This document shows positions 33,118 through 43,103 of a DNA stretch of 64,000 nucleotides, piece after piece. The DNA is from Barthelona sp. PCE. Lineage: Eukaryota. Where the stretch lies: positions 806,001 through 870,000 of the forward strand of contig JAUFOR010000001.1 of NCBI GenBank assembly GCA_040285745.1, given 5' to 3'. Made by a program: the position numbers and the translations under genes. The notes under the pieces were generated by a model. That model had not been told where the DNA came from. It saw only the letters and a list, made by a program, of their open reading frames with translations, and made no database searches. Every line of letters begins with the position of its first letter. Position 1 is the stretch's first letter.

Positions 33118-33478
33118 GTAATATTATGGAATTTGATGGGTTAAAGCTGTTGGAAAAGGTTAAGAAAGGGAAATCATTTTTGCTAGAATTTTTTTATTCT
33201 TTTGATTCAAAGTTTTACCATAATTGATCAGCCTATCTGATACCTTATTGTGTTTTGGTAGTTTTACTTTATTTTTAGGGTATGAAGAGCATTGTAATTC
33301 ACAATTCTATTTCTTATTCCACCGAACACTTGTGTCAATGTTTCAGCACCGTTTATGGATGAACTATGGATTGGTTGTGTCTCAAACTCATTCAAATAAA
33401 CAAATTCCGCACCCCTAAAAAGTAAATCTGTTACTGGACTTCTCTCCTTCTCAATATATATTTTGGGGTCTTTTGACG

Positions 33479-33976
33479 ATGAACATCAACTTTTGCGATA
33501 CTTGCGGAGCACGCATGCTGCCGCACTGTGAATCTCTATTAACTGGGGAACATAATCTTCATTGGAAGTGTAACAACTGCGGAACACAATCAGAAAGCGA
33601 GATGCTGACGAACAAACCCGTCATTTTATTTAACCAAAACTTTCAAGCAAAGCAAGATGACACATTGTCTTCTTTACCATTAATTGATAACACATATCCA
33701 CGTAGAACAGCGCATTGTCCATTGTGTCGTGTTGGAAAGCAGGCATTCTACGTTCAGACTTTCTCCCAGCGTGAAGAGCTCATTGTGCATTACATTTGTG
33801 AATTTTGTCAAGGTATTTATCAGCATCCTCTCACTCAAGAGCAAGCCATGATGGACGATGGCGAGATTTCAGATATTGATTTGAGCGATGATGACTTCCT
33901 TGAAGATGAAGACGGTCAGGAGGCAGAGGGTCTACCTTCCCAGATGTTTGAACCAGTTTCCAGTATGTCAATGTAG
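33479..33976 (+). CDS. RPB9: RNA polymerase II subunit RPB9-like, two zinc ribbons plus acidic tail
   Basis: FCDTCGARMLP...CNNCG; DNTYPR...CPLC...YICEFC; lacks the RSADE loop of RPA12/RPC11. Confidence 0.7.
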   Translation: MNINFCDTCGARMLPHCESLLTGEHNLHWKCNNCGTQSESEMLTNKPVILFNQNFQAKQDDTLSSLPLIDNTYPRRTAHCPLCRVGKQAFYVQTFSQREELIVHYICEFCQGIYQHPLTQEQAMMDDGEISDIDLSDDDFLEDEDGQEAEGLPSQMFEPVSSMSM

Positions 33977-34010
33977 TCTAGCAACACATATTCTCTTTTT
34001 CAAATATTTT

Positions 34011-34043
34011 CACACCACACACACATCCACACACACCCACACA
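34011..34043. repeat. Imperfect (CA)-rich microsatellite between convergent genes
   Basis: cacaccacacacacatccacacacacccacaca. Confidence 0.7.
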
Positions 34044-34238
34044 TCAAATCAAAATTGTAAAAAGAGTCCAATGGTGGCATGCAAGCAAAGTTACTTTTAC
34101 ACTTCAAGTGGAACCTCTGCTCGCACCTCTTCATCTGCGTGTGACACTCACTCGCAATGCGTGTTAAAAAGATGTCAGCTGGCATGATGAGAACATTGTA
34201 ATGGAGAGTAAATTTTACTGTATGTATATACTTAAAAC

Positions 34239-35556
34239 TTAAGCAGAGGGAGCGCCAACAGCGTAGACACTTCCGAGGAAGCTGGCATCAGCCTGAACGA
34301 TGAAGTTGGAAGTGGAGATGTTTCCAGCACTGTAGATGGGGTACATGGTGTAGTCACCGCTAGCGTAGGACTCACCCATCTCAGAGGTCTTGGAACCGTA
34401 ACCGGATCTGGTGGTCTTGAGGGTCTTCTTGGTCTTGACGGCACCGGAGGCGGTGGTCTTCCAGGAAGTAACGAGGGCACCAGTGGTGGTCTCAAGGCTT
34501 AGAAGGGAGTTGGCAGGGGTGGCGGAGAAGCCGAAAACCTGGGAACCGAAAGTGGTCTTGGAGTAAGCCTTGGTGGGGCTGGCGGCCATACCGGAAACAT
34601 CGAGATCCTTGAAGACGACGGAAGTACCATCGTTGTCAATGTTATCGAACATCATATCGTCACCCTTGAAGGTGTTCTTCTCGACATCAATGTGAAGGTA
34701 GGTGGTGGCGAGACCAGTAACTTCACCGTTGTTGTTGCCAGAGAAAGCATCGAAGAAAGACTTACCGTTGACGTGGAAGAGGTCAAGGACACGGGAAGAA
34801 GTTAACTGAAGTTCGAGACCGAGGACGGTACAGTCGGTGTAGATATCCTGAGTAGAATCGGTACCAGTGAAGGTAAGGACGTTAGTGACGGAAGCACCGT
34901 GGAAAGACTTGGTAGTGGTGGTGGTAGTGAGGAGTTCAGCGAGGGTGCTGTTCTTGGTAGACTTGACATACATCTTGTATCGGTTGGTGGTACCAACAGT
35001 GACCTTGACATCAACGGCGTTACCATCGAGCCAGATACCGTTAACAGTATTATCAAGAGCAGTCCAGGAAGGGGTGTTAATAGTCTTAGCATTCTGACAC
35101 TGAAGGATCTTGCTGGAAGAACCAACGAAGACAATAATAAGGATGATGACAATAATACAACAACAACAGCCGCAAGCAGAACCCTTGGCCTTCTTGGATT
35201 GCTTGAAACGACCCCAGTAAGCTTGTTGGCCACCCATAGGCTGCATGGGCTGAGCCATGGGCTGTTGACCCATAGGAGCGCCGTAGCCGGGTTGAGGCTG
35301 AGCCATCATTTGAGGAGCGGGCTGCATCATACCCATTTGGGGGTTTCCGTATCCAGGTTGAGCATAACCTTGGTTAGTAGGTTGTCCGTACCTAAATATT
35401 AGAATTAAACGTCTAGATTGTTTCAAAATAGAACGCAAACAACAATATATTCAAATAAAAAACAAAAATATTACAACTGCTCAATTGAACAATTGTAACA
35501 TCACATCCTTTGTTGTTTATGATGTTGCGCGACTATCATTGACGAAAAACATACAT
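34239..35556 (-). CDS. Type II membrane protein: G/Q/P/M-rich N-terminus, Cys cluster plus TM, Ser/Thr-rich ectodomain; exons 35556-35555 (AT) and 35391-34239
   Basis: YGQPTNQGYAQPGYG..., ACGCCCCIIVIILIIVFV; strong codon bias. An ATG start is available through AT|G splicing. Confidence 0.75.
35392..35554 (-). other. Spliceosomal intron (163 nt) interrupting the start codon
   Basis: ...ctaAT|GTATGT...TCTAATATTTAG|G TAC GGA CAA. Confidence 0.75.
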
Positions 35557-35944
35557 TAGTAAAGATAAATAAGTAAGAAAAAGAAAAGCAAAATGGTCAA
35601 GTTTGGATAGAATTTCCAATGCACTTTGATCGATAAAAGTATAGTTCAGAGCTGATGCGTGCATAGATTTTGTCAAAATCGTTTAAACCAGAAATGTCTG
35701 ATTTCTTTTTCCCAAATTATTTGGAAATGTGATTTAACAGATGGTAAAGCAGGGAAATGTGCAGATATGTCTATATTGCAAACGATGCGTCTCTATAGTA
35801 TTATCAATGCATATTGGATTGAGTGTTTTGTTGCTTATCTTTTATTGAGTTAATTTTAACAATAACTTTTCGTAACATAAAGCATATCGTTGTTTTCATA
35901 AGAAATTTCATAATACAACAGAGGTAATTCATGAGAAACTCTCG

Positions 35945-37711
35945 TTAATGCTGCTCGGTTAACACCAGTAATCCTATAGTGGCCAGCACAACAATATCCT
36001 CACCGACAATACTCGTCTCAATAGGAGTTAAACCATTGGGAAATAGCCGTACTCGATTGGTTTCATTATTACGAAGGCATATGTGCATGTCAACATTATC
36101 ATATCCACAAAGTCTCGTACCAAGCTTGTCAATACCCATCTGCTCCCCAACTTCGAAGCAGCTCCGTTTTGGAATAATATTGTCCTTTGGATACATAAGA
36201 TCATCATATTCAATTCCTCCACATACATCGAAAATGGAGAGGATCTTTGTCAGTGGGTTGTACACGATGCGCATTTCGCCTGGAGACAGGTCATCAAATC
36301 TCTTGAGAACAGGTTCCTCATTCGATATATCGTACACTTTGACAGCATGTCTGTTACTTTTGTAAACAGCAACAAACATAAGGTGTGTCTCGGTTACATA
36401 GACGTCCCCGACACACTCGTGCTCTGCTAACAACCGCTTCATCTCTCCCTCTATTGTAAATAGTGCAATCTTACCGTTCCAGCACAAAACCAATTGACCA
36501 TCTACTGATGTTGTTATTCCCTCCCATCTGGTCGGATCTATTGCAACTGTCCTCTCAACGTGCCATGTAGATTCAATCTCGCATGCATCAAGAGTAATTA
36601 CTGAAACTAAGTCATCTGTTGAGAGAATTACCTTTTCAAGATGAATGTGTGCCCAGCCAACGTGGTAATTGGGCTTCTTTGGGGTGTAAGAGAAGACTAA
36701 AGCACGAGATTCACGATCAAAAATGCGAAGATGCCTTCCCCACGTGAGGATATGCTTTTCGTCATCAGAAACTTCCATATGGTCCGGTTTACCTACAGAG
36801 CCCTCGAAACGAACGGGCCTCATTGTCTCATGATTGTAGATAAGTAGAGTTTCACTTCCAAAAATCAAAATATTGGGTGAATAGCGCTCAAAATGAACTT
36901 GCTCAACATTGAACGTTATATCAATTGTATGAACGAGCTTGATCGTCCCTTCCAATGAATACAGACAAAGTTCACGATCAAACAAAACTGCTAGGTTTTC
37001 ACCTTCAGCTGATATGTCAATAATATCCCTGTTCATACTCTCTCCCTGTTCCATGATGAACAGTCCTTCCACATTGAACATGCTGAATCCCTCTTCCGTA
37101 ACTAAAATAATCTCGGATGTACCACACCATGCAAAGTCCGTCTTCTCAACACAAAAACGGGACTTCATGTCTAGATCGTCTGTGCAACACACACATAACT
37201 CTATCTCATCTTCCTGGACGACAAAGGCAATGTAGTCCCCACTCTTTGACAATTGAAGTGGTACTTTGGTGTTCACAAACTCTATGTTCTCTGATACTAT
37301 CAAAGAGCCGGTTTTGTCAAGCTTCATGATGGTACTGACACACGAACCAACATTCCCTTTACCATGCAGGTAAATGCTCTTCTCTGTCACACATATTGAG
37401 TATATTGCTTCCATTTCCGGCATGTTCGTTGCTATTTTCTCCACTTCCTTGTCGTAAATAACATACAAATGACTCTCTTTGTCAACAAGATATATTGTAC
37501 CGTCTGACTGAATACACTGGCACACGATCCTGTCAGTGATATCTACGCTGATGGAAGTCCTTTCAGAACCCATAACACGAAGGATTTCTCCTTCTCCATC
37601 ATCAAAAAAAAATGATTTTCCCCTTGCAGACTTACAAAACGATTTTAAATCGAATGAAGAGCCATATACTTTTGTGTTGAACGATGCTATGTTGCTACAA
37701 CTCGATCCCAT
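35945..37711 (-). CDS. Beta-propeller-like hypothetical protein with possible N-myristoylation/palmitoylation motif
   Basis: MGSSCS N-terminus; repeated short beta-strand pattern. Confidence 0.55.
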   Translation of the reverse strand: MGSSCSNIASFNTKVYGSSFDLKSFCKSARGKSFFFDDGEGEILRVMGSERTSISVDITDRIVCQCIQSDGTIYLVDKESHLYVIYDKEVEKIATNMPEMEAIYSICVTEKSIYLHGKGNVGSCVSTIMKLDKTGSLIVSENIEFVNTKVPLQLSKSGDYIAFVVQEDEIELCVCCTDDLDMKSRFCVEKTDFAWCGTSEIILVTEEGFSMFNVEGLFIMEQGESMNRDIIDISAEGENLAVLFDRELCLYSLEGTIKLVHTIDITFNVEQVHFERYSPNILIFGSETLLIYNHETMRPVRFEGSVGKPDHMEVSDDEKHILTWGRHLRIFDRESRALVFSYTPKKPNYHVGWAHIHLEKVILSTDDLVSVITLDACEIESTWHVERTVAIDPTRWEGITTSVDGQLVLCWNGKIALFTIEGEMKRLLAEHECVGDVYVTETHLMFVAVYKSNRHAVKVYDISNEEPVLKRFDDLSPGEMRIVYNPLTKILSIFDVCGGIEYDDLMYPKDNIIPKRSCFEVGEQMGIDKLGTRLCGYDNVDMHICLRNNETNRVRLFPNGLTPIETSIVGEDIVVLATIGLLVLTEQH

Positions 37712-37985
37712 AAGAAAGGAGGGAATTCTTTAAAACAGGGACTCTGGAGTCAATCAAGCGCTAATTCTCGATGTTCTATGTGTTTTCTCTGGTATTTTAT
37801 AGTGTGTAAAGTTGAAAAAACAAGAAATTTGCTATCTATGTTCTGCGCAACCTTTTTTCAACAACGTTTTTAACAATCTTTAATAAGAATTTTCTCTGAT
37901 TGGATTGTAAACCGTTTTAAATCCATGAAAGTAATATATAAAACTCAGAATTTAGCAAAAAAAATTTATTCCAACAATATTTCAC

Positions 37986-38714
37986 CTATTCTTTCTTAGG
38001 CTTTCGCTTCCTCTTATCGAGCAGCTGCCTGATTATGCCCCTGTTATCGTAGAAATACGTAGACATCGAGTAAATACTGAGACATGCACAAATCCACGCC
38101 AAAGTAGTCTGAAAGTTTAGTAGCCTTTGGGCATATCGTATAGGCACCCAATTATAGGCAAACATGATTGGAAGAGTAAAACAACAGCAAATTGTGACAC
38201 CCTGCATAAACGCCTTTAACTTACCAGCAAAACGAGCAGCCATGACCTTGCCCTTGGTTGCAGTCATCGCACGCAGTATAGTAATGATAATCTCACGAAG
38301 AACCATTAAAATAATTGGGGAAAAAGGAAGTATACCACTTGCCATTGCAACCTTGTCCTTATTCTTTCCTAAGAAAAAAACAAGAGGTTCAAAGACCTTG
38401 GATCCGGTGTGGTTGAGTGTTTTCTTAAATAATTGCTCCTCACAAAGGAAACCAGGAGGAAGTAGCAAAATCAACATACAAGACATGCGATATAGGGTGT
38501 CACAAAAAGGATCAAGTAATTTACCGGTATCAGACACCTCTTTACGTTTCCTTGCAACATATCCGTCAAGCCAGTCAGAAATTTCGGCGGCAAGGGCCAA
38601 AACTGCGCAAATCGGTAATCCAAGTTTGGCAGGGAGGTTTAAATACGACCAACAGATGAATGGGAGAATAAAAACGCGAAATAACGATAATTTGTCAGCT
38701 AATGCAATTTTCAT
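37986..38714 (-). CDS. pgsA: CDP-diacylglycerol--glycerol-3-phosphate 3-phosphatidyltransferase (bacterial PgsA type)
   Basis: CDP-alcohol phosphotransferase motif DWLDGYVARK...TGKLLDPFCD; LRE..I..LR; GKLK. Confidence 0.85.
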   Translation of the reverse strand: MKIALADKLSLFRVFILPFICWSYLNLPAKLGLPICAVLALAAEISDWLDGYVARKRKEVSDTGKLLDPFCDTLYRMSCMLILLLPPGFLCEEQLFKKTLNHTGSKVFEPLVFFLGKNKDKVAMASGILPFSPIILMVLREIIITILRAMTATKGKVMAARFAGKLKAFMQGVTICCCFTLPIMFAYNWVPIRYAQRLLNFQTTLAWICACLSIYSMSTYFYDNRGIIRQLLDKRKRKPKKE

Positions 38715-38984
38715 TAATTTTTTGTGTTGTAAAGTATATTGAGTGGTTCAGTAAGTTTTAAGAGACGAAAAACGAATACTATGTGAATCACAGTACTGGA
38801 AAAGAGAGTAATATCGAAAACCAAAAAAAAATCACAAGATTATTACTAATTATAGAACTCCTCAGTATTGGCATTCCCATTAACGAGACTTTATAAGTTT
38901 GTTTTCAATGATCTTGCAATAAAATATTCCAATACCATGAACCTGCATAAACTGTATAATCATAGTAAAGTTTGAATATTTACA

Positions 38985-39446
38985 TTAACTGCTCTTATTA
39001 ATCATCTCAGTCCCCTTCCTTCGTTTACGTCTCTTCACATCTTCCTCTCGTGCAGCATCTTCTGCTGTTTGTAAAGGTACATACTCAACAGATACTTTAA
39101 TTGGCTTTGGTCCTTCCTCTGCTTTGACTTCAACTATATGTGTGTCATCATACCCCTCAATCTGGTACTTTTCATACCTCTCCATGGGCTCTGCTGGCGC
39201 TTTCATTGGCTTTTCTCCGTGATGAGGGAAAGGTCTAATAGCAGGTAGATTAGACACTTGGAATTCACGTCCGACACGTGTTCTGAAGTTTAATCCCCGG
39301 TTTAGACCTTCCTGGGCATCAGGTTTTGTTAGATCGTGAGGAAACTCACGCTGATTGCTAAGTTTTCGTAAATAATGCAATTGATGTGACTCTACCTCTT
39401 CCTTTTGTTCATTTTGAAGCCCTTTTGCCTCAAATCTTGCAGACAT
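38985..39446 (-). CDS. Hypothetical protein with ELM2-like motif
   Basis: TRVGREFQVSNLP resembles ELM2 RVG..(Y/F)Q..P; basic C-terminal NLS-like stretch; probable start 39446. Confidence 0.45.
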   Translation of the reverse strand: MSARFEAKGLQNEQKEEVESHQLHYLRKLSNQREFPHDLTKPDAQEGLNRGLNFRTRVGREFQVSNLPAIRPFPHHGEKPMKAPAEPMERYEKYQIEGYDDTHIVEVKAEEGPKPIKVSVEYVPLQTAEDAAREEDVKRRKRRKGTEMINKSS

Positions 39447-39726
39447 AAAATTATGAAAAAACCCAAGAAAAACAAATGAAGAATTCATTCTATTATAGAT
39501 GTATTATTTGCTGCATTAGTATGTACTGTACATATATCTGTCATTAATGCAGTTGAAACAAGAAAAAGTTGTAAAAAAGGTTGCCTGTGCAAACACTCAA
39601 AGTTAACTCAATATTATTATCTGTTTAACAACATCATACACCTTAAAAACCGAAATACCTCGCTTTCCTGAACAATATGACATGAAATGAGTTAAAACAC
39701 AGGCTTTATCATTTACCACCTATCAA

Positions 39727-40242
39727 ATGTCATCTGCCGAACAAGGCAACGTAGTAACACCGAAAAGGGCAAAAACTTTGCAAAATAGACTGCTCAAGAG
39801 GAGACAACAACCGAGGAAAAGAGCAACAGGTTTTAATATTTCCTCATCATCACCTTCCAAAACTCAAAACACTGGATTGACCATTGACGCATCATATGCT
39901 GTTGTGAAAACAGAGCAACAACCGGAAAAACATACTAAGCCTGAAGGAATGAGTGATAATCAATGGGAACGTGAACTACGGTTGTATGAAGAAATTGACT
40001 GGACGGTAAAGCAATTGGAGCTTGGTCTAGCCAATGCGCGTGCTCACAAAGCTACTGCTGAAGAACTTTCTGAAGCACAGCGTCTAATTGCACTTTTCAC
40101 TGATCCAATGACGCCCAAGGCATCAAAAGCTCATGAACTATATCTTTTATTCGATGGAAAGGTCAGAGAACGTATGAACCAGCCCATAGAACCATCTAAA
40201 ACAAAGAAAAAGAAGAAGAAAAGGAAACGGAACAGAAGATGA
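39727..40242 (+). CDS. UPF0488/C8orf33 (DUF4615)-like protein
   Basis: EEIDWTVKQLELGL...EAQRLI..F..P..PK matches the remembered family motif. Confidence 0.6.
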   Translation: MSSAEQGNVVTPKRAKTLQNRLLKRRQQPRKRATGFNISSSSPSKTQNTGLTIDASYAVVKTEQQPEKHTKPEGMSDNQWERELRLYEEIDWTVKQLELGLANARAHKATAEELSEAQRLIALFTDPMTPKASKAHELYLLFDGKVRERMNQPIEPSKTKKKKKKRKRNRR

Positions 40243-40584
40243 TCAATTACCTTCTTCTTCTATTCTTTTGAAGTTTTGGGGGAACTCCCAGTTGGTGTCG
40301 ATGGGATGCTTTGTCTCCTGTTGAGGGAACTCATTCCAACGTTCATCAACGGTATCTTCAGGCAATTGATACACAAAATTTAACTCGTCATCGTTTTCGA
40401 TTTTTAGCATCTGAAGCGATGCCTCCAGGGGAAGAAATGTGTTATTCCTTAATAAACGAATCTCTTTGGTGTTTTTTTGGTTTATAGTTGCTAATTGCTG
40501 TACAAGATCATAAATCACGGTATCCGGATCAGCCGTAAGAAACACGGTAGTCGATTTTCTGCAACATCTAATCCAAATAGACAT
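40243..40584 (-). CDS. Ubiquitin-like protein, Elongin B-like
   Basis: IWIRCCRKSTTVFL.ADP.TVI..L...EIRL...IENDD pattern; no C-terminal GG. Confidence 0.65.
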   Translation of the reverse strand: MSIWIRCCRKSTTVFLTADPDTVIYDLVQQLATINQKNTKEIRLLRNNTFLPLEASLQMLKIENDDELNFVYQLPEDTVDERWNEFPQQETKHPIDTNWEFPQNFKRIEEEGN

Positions 40585-40644
40585 CTAACGCAATATAAAG
40601 GCTTTAAAAGCTGTAACAAATTTTTCAACCTTTACGTTATCTCG

Positions 40645-40953
40645 ATGCCACCAAAGGTGTCTGCAACGGCCTTCGAATTGGATTTAAAAGCATCCAGAGG
40701 CAAAAAGATTCTCAACAATAATATTGAAGCAACTCCTAGAACAAAGAGTGAAGCTATTTCTAGTCTATGTATTGCAACAGAAGTGTTTTTGGAGAACTTG
40801 GGTAATGAATTAACGCTTTATTTACAATCAAAGGGTAAAACCAGACTATCAGATCGTCTTGTTCGAGAGTTTTTAGATAAAATGGTCGATGATGGTGTTG
40901 AATACTACGATTTCCTACGGGATCATGCAGCAACAAACAAGGATGAAGATTAG
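40645..40953 (+). CDS. Histone-fold protein (NF-YC/CHRAC/DPB3-like)
   Basis: SRGKKIL...SEAI..LCIATEVFLENL...KGKTRL...YDFLRD; ATG at 40645. Confidence 0.6.
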   Translation: MPPKVSATAFELDLKASRGKKILNNNIEATPRTKSEAISSLCIATEVFLENLGNELTLYLQSKGKTRLSDRLVREFLDKMVDDGVEYYDFLRDHAATNKDED

Positions 40954-41429
40954 AAAGGAATCAACCTAATAATATGCACAACCACAAAGATATAAAAGAT
41001 AACTATTGGGAAGGAAAGTACGTGATAAGCGGGAAGGAGTGCTAAACCAAAAGAAAAGACACTAATAGCACCAGAAGCAGATGTTGTATAGAATTGTCTC
41101 TTATATTTAGGATTATCAATGCTTTCTTTCTTGATCACGTTCACGTACACCGTAAGGCCAACAAAACCGATAATAAAAAGTGTAAAACTGAACCACGCAC
41201 AATACCACCAAAAATCCCATACCTTATGATCAATAAAGACTTTTTGCTTGATCTCAAAGTACTTATATACTATGTACCCCACAATAATCCAAAGAATATC
41301 AATAACAGCGAGCTTTACCGTTTCGGTAACCTCAACTTTTTTCAAATCGCGATCCTCAATGGCTGCACTTGCGTATATGGTTTGTGGATCTTTGTCCAAA
41401 ATCCTTTTACGAACGGTTGTATCAGACAT
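40950..41429 (-). CDS. Four-TM membrane protein, TMEM128-like
   Basis: Four hydrophobic helices; GLALLPAYHVLSFPI resembles TMEM128 ALWPVWxFxT. Confidence 0.55.
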   Translation of the reverse strand: MSDTTVRKRILDKDPQTIYASAAIEDRDLKKVEVTETVKLAVIDILWIIVGYIVYKYFEIKQKVFIDHKVWDFWWYCAWFSFTLFIIGFVGLTVYVNVIKKESIDNPKYKRQFYTTSASGAISVFSFGLALLPAYHVLSFPIVIFYIFVVVHIIRLIPF

Positions 41430-41483
41430 TGAACTATAGAAGTTGATTTAACTTTTGCACATTCTTTAAGCACATTTTTTAAT

Positions 41484-43061
41484 ATGGAGGAGATCAACCA
41501 AATTTTCTTCAGATCCCTTGCGAGCGTGGGCATTCCTGTTCCTTCTCATGTTCAAACAGTAGCAGATATTGATGCTTCGTCCTTTGTCAGTCTCATTTCA
41601 TCGGTAGGAAAGAAGGTGCAGCCTCCCCTGGCGACACCAGAGGTGCTTCCCAATCAAATGTCAAAGCGATTCAAGATATGCAGCTTTGTAGCTGAAACAA
41701 TTAGTGATCTTGGTTATCCTAGCAAAATTGACTTCAACAACCTCATGTATCCACAACCTGAGGTGGTTCAGTCAGTTTTAAACTTCTTAATCGGCCTTAT
41801 TCCAAAGAAACAGCAAGTAGCTGAGGAAATTCAACCTTTGAAGGCAATTATTTCTGATTTCAAGAAGATTCCATATGCACTCCCCTGCTTTCTCCCAAAA
41901 AAACGTTCCCACGATGCTCTCATTAGGTACAAGTTCCCCAACTACAAACACAAGATATGCGTTGAACGTGTTTCCACAAAGCATCGACCTGCCGTTGACA
42001 CAATGAAGCGTGTGCTCAGGAAAGGCTTCAACGCGAAGAATCAGCGTAATGTTCTCGAGTTAATCAACTTCAAGTCGAGCTTCAACCGCTTTTCGCAGTT
42101 ACAAGATTTCGACATCCAGGTCACAAATGAGATACAATCCCAGTCGCAGGAGGAGCATATGCGCGAGCTTGAGGAGGAGATTCAGATGAAGAAGATGAAT
42201 TTGAAGAAGAACAAGGATCAGATTGATGATTTGCAGCTTGAGTTAGCTGAATTAAGGGAAGATATTATTGCAGTTGAGCAAGAACGTCTAGAGAAGGCTG
42301 GAGACCTGGAGATGTACAGAGACGTTGTTGAAATGATGGAGGACCCTGAGGTGGCCAAAAGGAAAATGGATAAACTTTACAAGAAGGCAAACGACAGTAT
42401 CGACAAGGTGGATTCGTACTGGCAGGAGACTTTTGCGCCTAAAAAGGAGGAATGTGATACATTGGAGCAACAGAACAAGGTCAATATGGATATTATTAGC
42501 GAGAAAGAAGCATATCTCAAGGAGTTGAGAGAGAAGCAAAACGATTTAATTAGAAAGACAAAGGAAAAGGAGACGTTAAAGAGTTTGCTGAAGCGTGAGT
42601 GGGATGCAACGGATAAGGGTGAGAACAGATCATTCTACTGTGAGAGAATCTATGAATTACACAAGTCCATTGAGAAGCAAAGAGGTGAAATCAAAAAGAT
42701 TTCCTTAGACATTACAATCGCAGATAAGGCCATCAAGAAGTGCTTGGATAACCTTAAGATCGCCGAGGGGGCGCTGGAGCAGGCAATTTTCAGACACGCG
42801 AAACGCGGGAAGTCAGAGGATCAGCAGTTATACAAGACTTTTGTTGACGTCCATTATACATGCAGGAAGCTTCTTGAAACTGTAGAGCAGCAGTCGAGAT
42901 TAGAAACCACGATTAAAAAACACCAGGTTATTATTGAGCGTCAAGAACGCATTGTTAATGCACTTCCAATAGAAAAGTTGAGCAAAGATTACTCATCCAT
43001 CAAGAAGGAGAACTCCAAGCTCAAGAAGCAGATCCACAAGTTGCGTAGTCAGCAAGAATAA
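41484..43061 (+). CDS. CCDC22: CCDC22 (CCC/Commander complex)
   Basis: MEEINQIFFRSL..VG..VP...LPNQMSKRFK...LGY...NLMYP N-terminal domain; RSFYCERI.E..KSIEKQ..EI.KI. Confidence 0.85.
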   Translation: MEEINQIFFRSLASVGIPVPSHVQTVADIDASSFVSLISSVGKKVQPPLATPEVLPNQMSKRFKICSFVAETISDLGYPSKIDFNNLMYPQPEVVQSVLNFLIGLIPKKQQVAEEIQPLKAIISDFKKIPYALPCFLPKKRSHDALIRYKFPNYKHKICVERVSTKHRPAVDTMKRVLRKGFNAKNQRNVLELINFKSSFNRFSQLQDFDIQVTNEIQSQSQEEHMRELEEEIQMKKMNLKKNKDQIDDLQLELAELREDIIAVEQERLEKAGDLEMYRDVVEMMEDPEVAKRKMDKLYKKANDSIDKVDSYWQETFAPKKEECDTLEQQNKVNMDIISEKEAYLKELREKQNDLIRKTKEKETLKSLLKREWDATDKGENRSFYCERIYELHKSIEKQRGEIKKISLDITIADKAIKKCLDNLKIAEGALEQAIFRHAKRGKSEDQQLYKTFVDVHYTCRKLLETVEQQSRLETTIKKHQVIIERQERIVNALPIEKLSKDYSSIKKENSKLKKQIHKLRSQQE

Positions 43062-43103
43062 AACGTGTTGTTACAATTTTTCATTTTTTCAATTTCTTTT
43101 CAA

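Noticed and set aside
34045-34235. ATGATGA (box C-like) and moderately GC-rich intergenic sequence as a snoRNA or SECIS
   Set aside because: No properly placed CTGA box D or SECIS core; neighbouring genes have no in-frame TGA.
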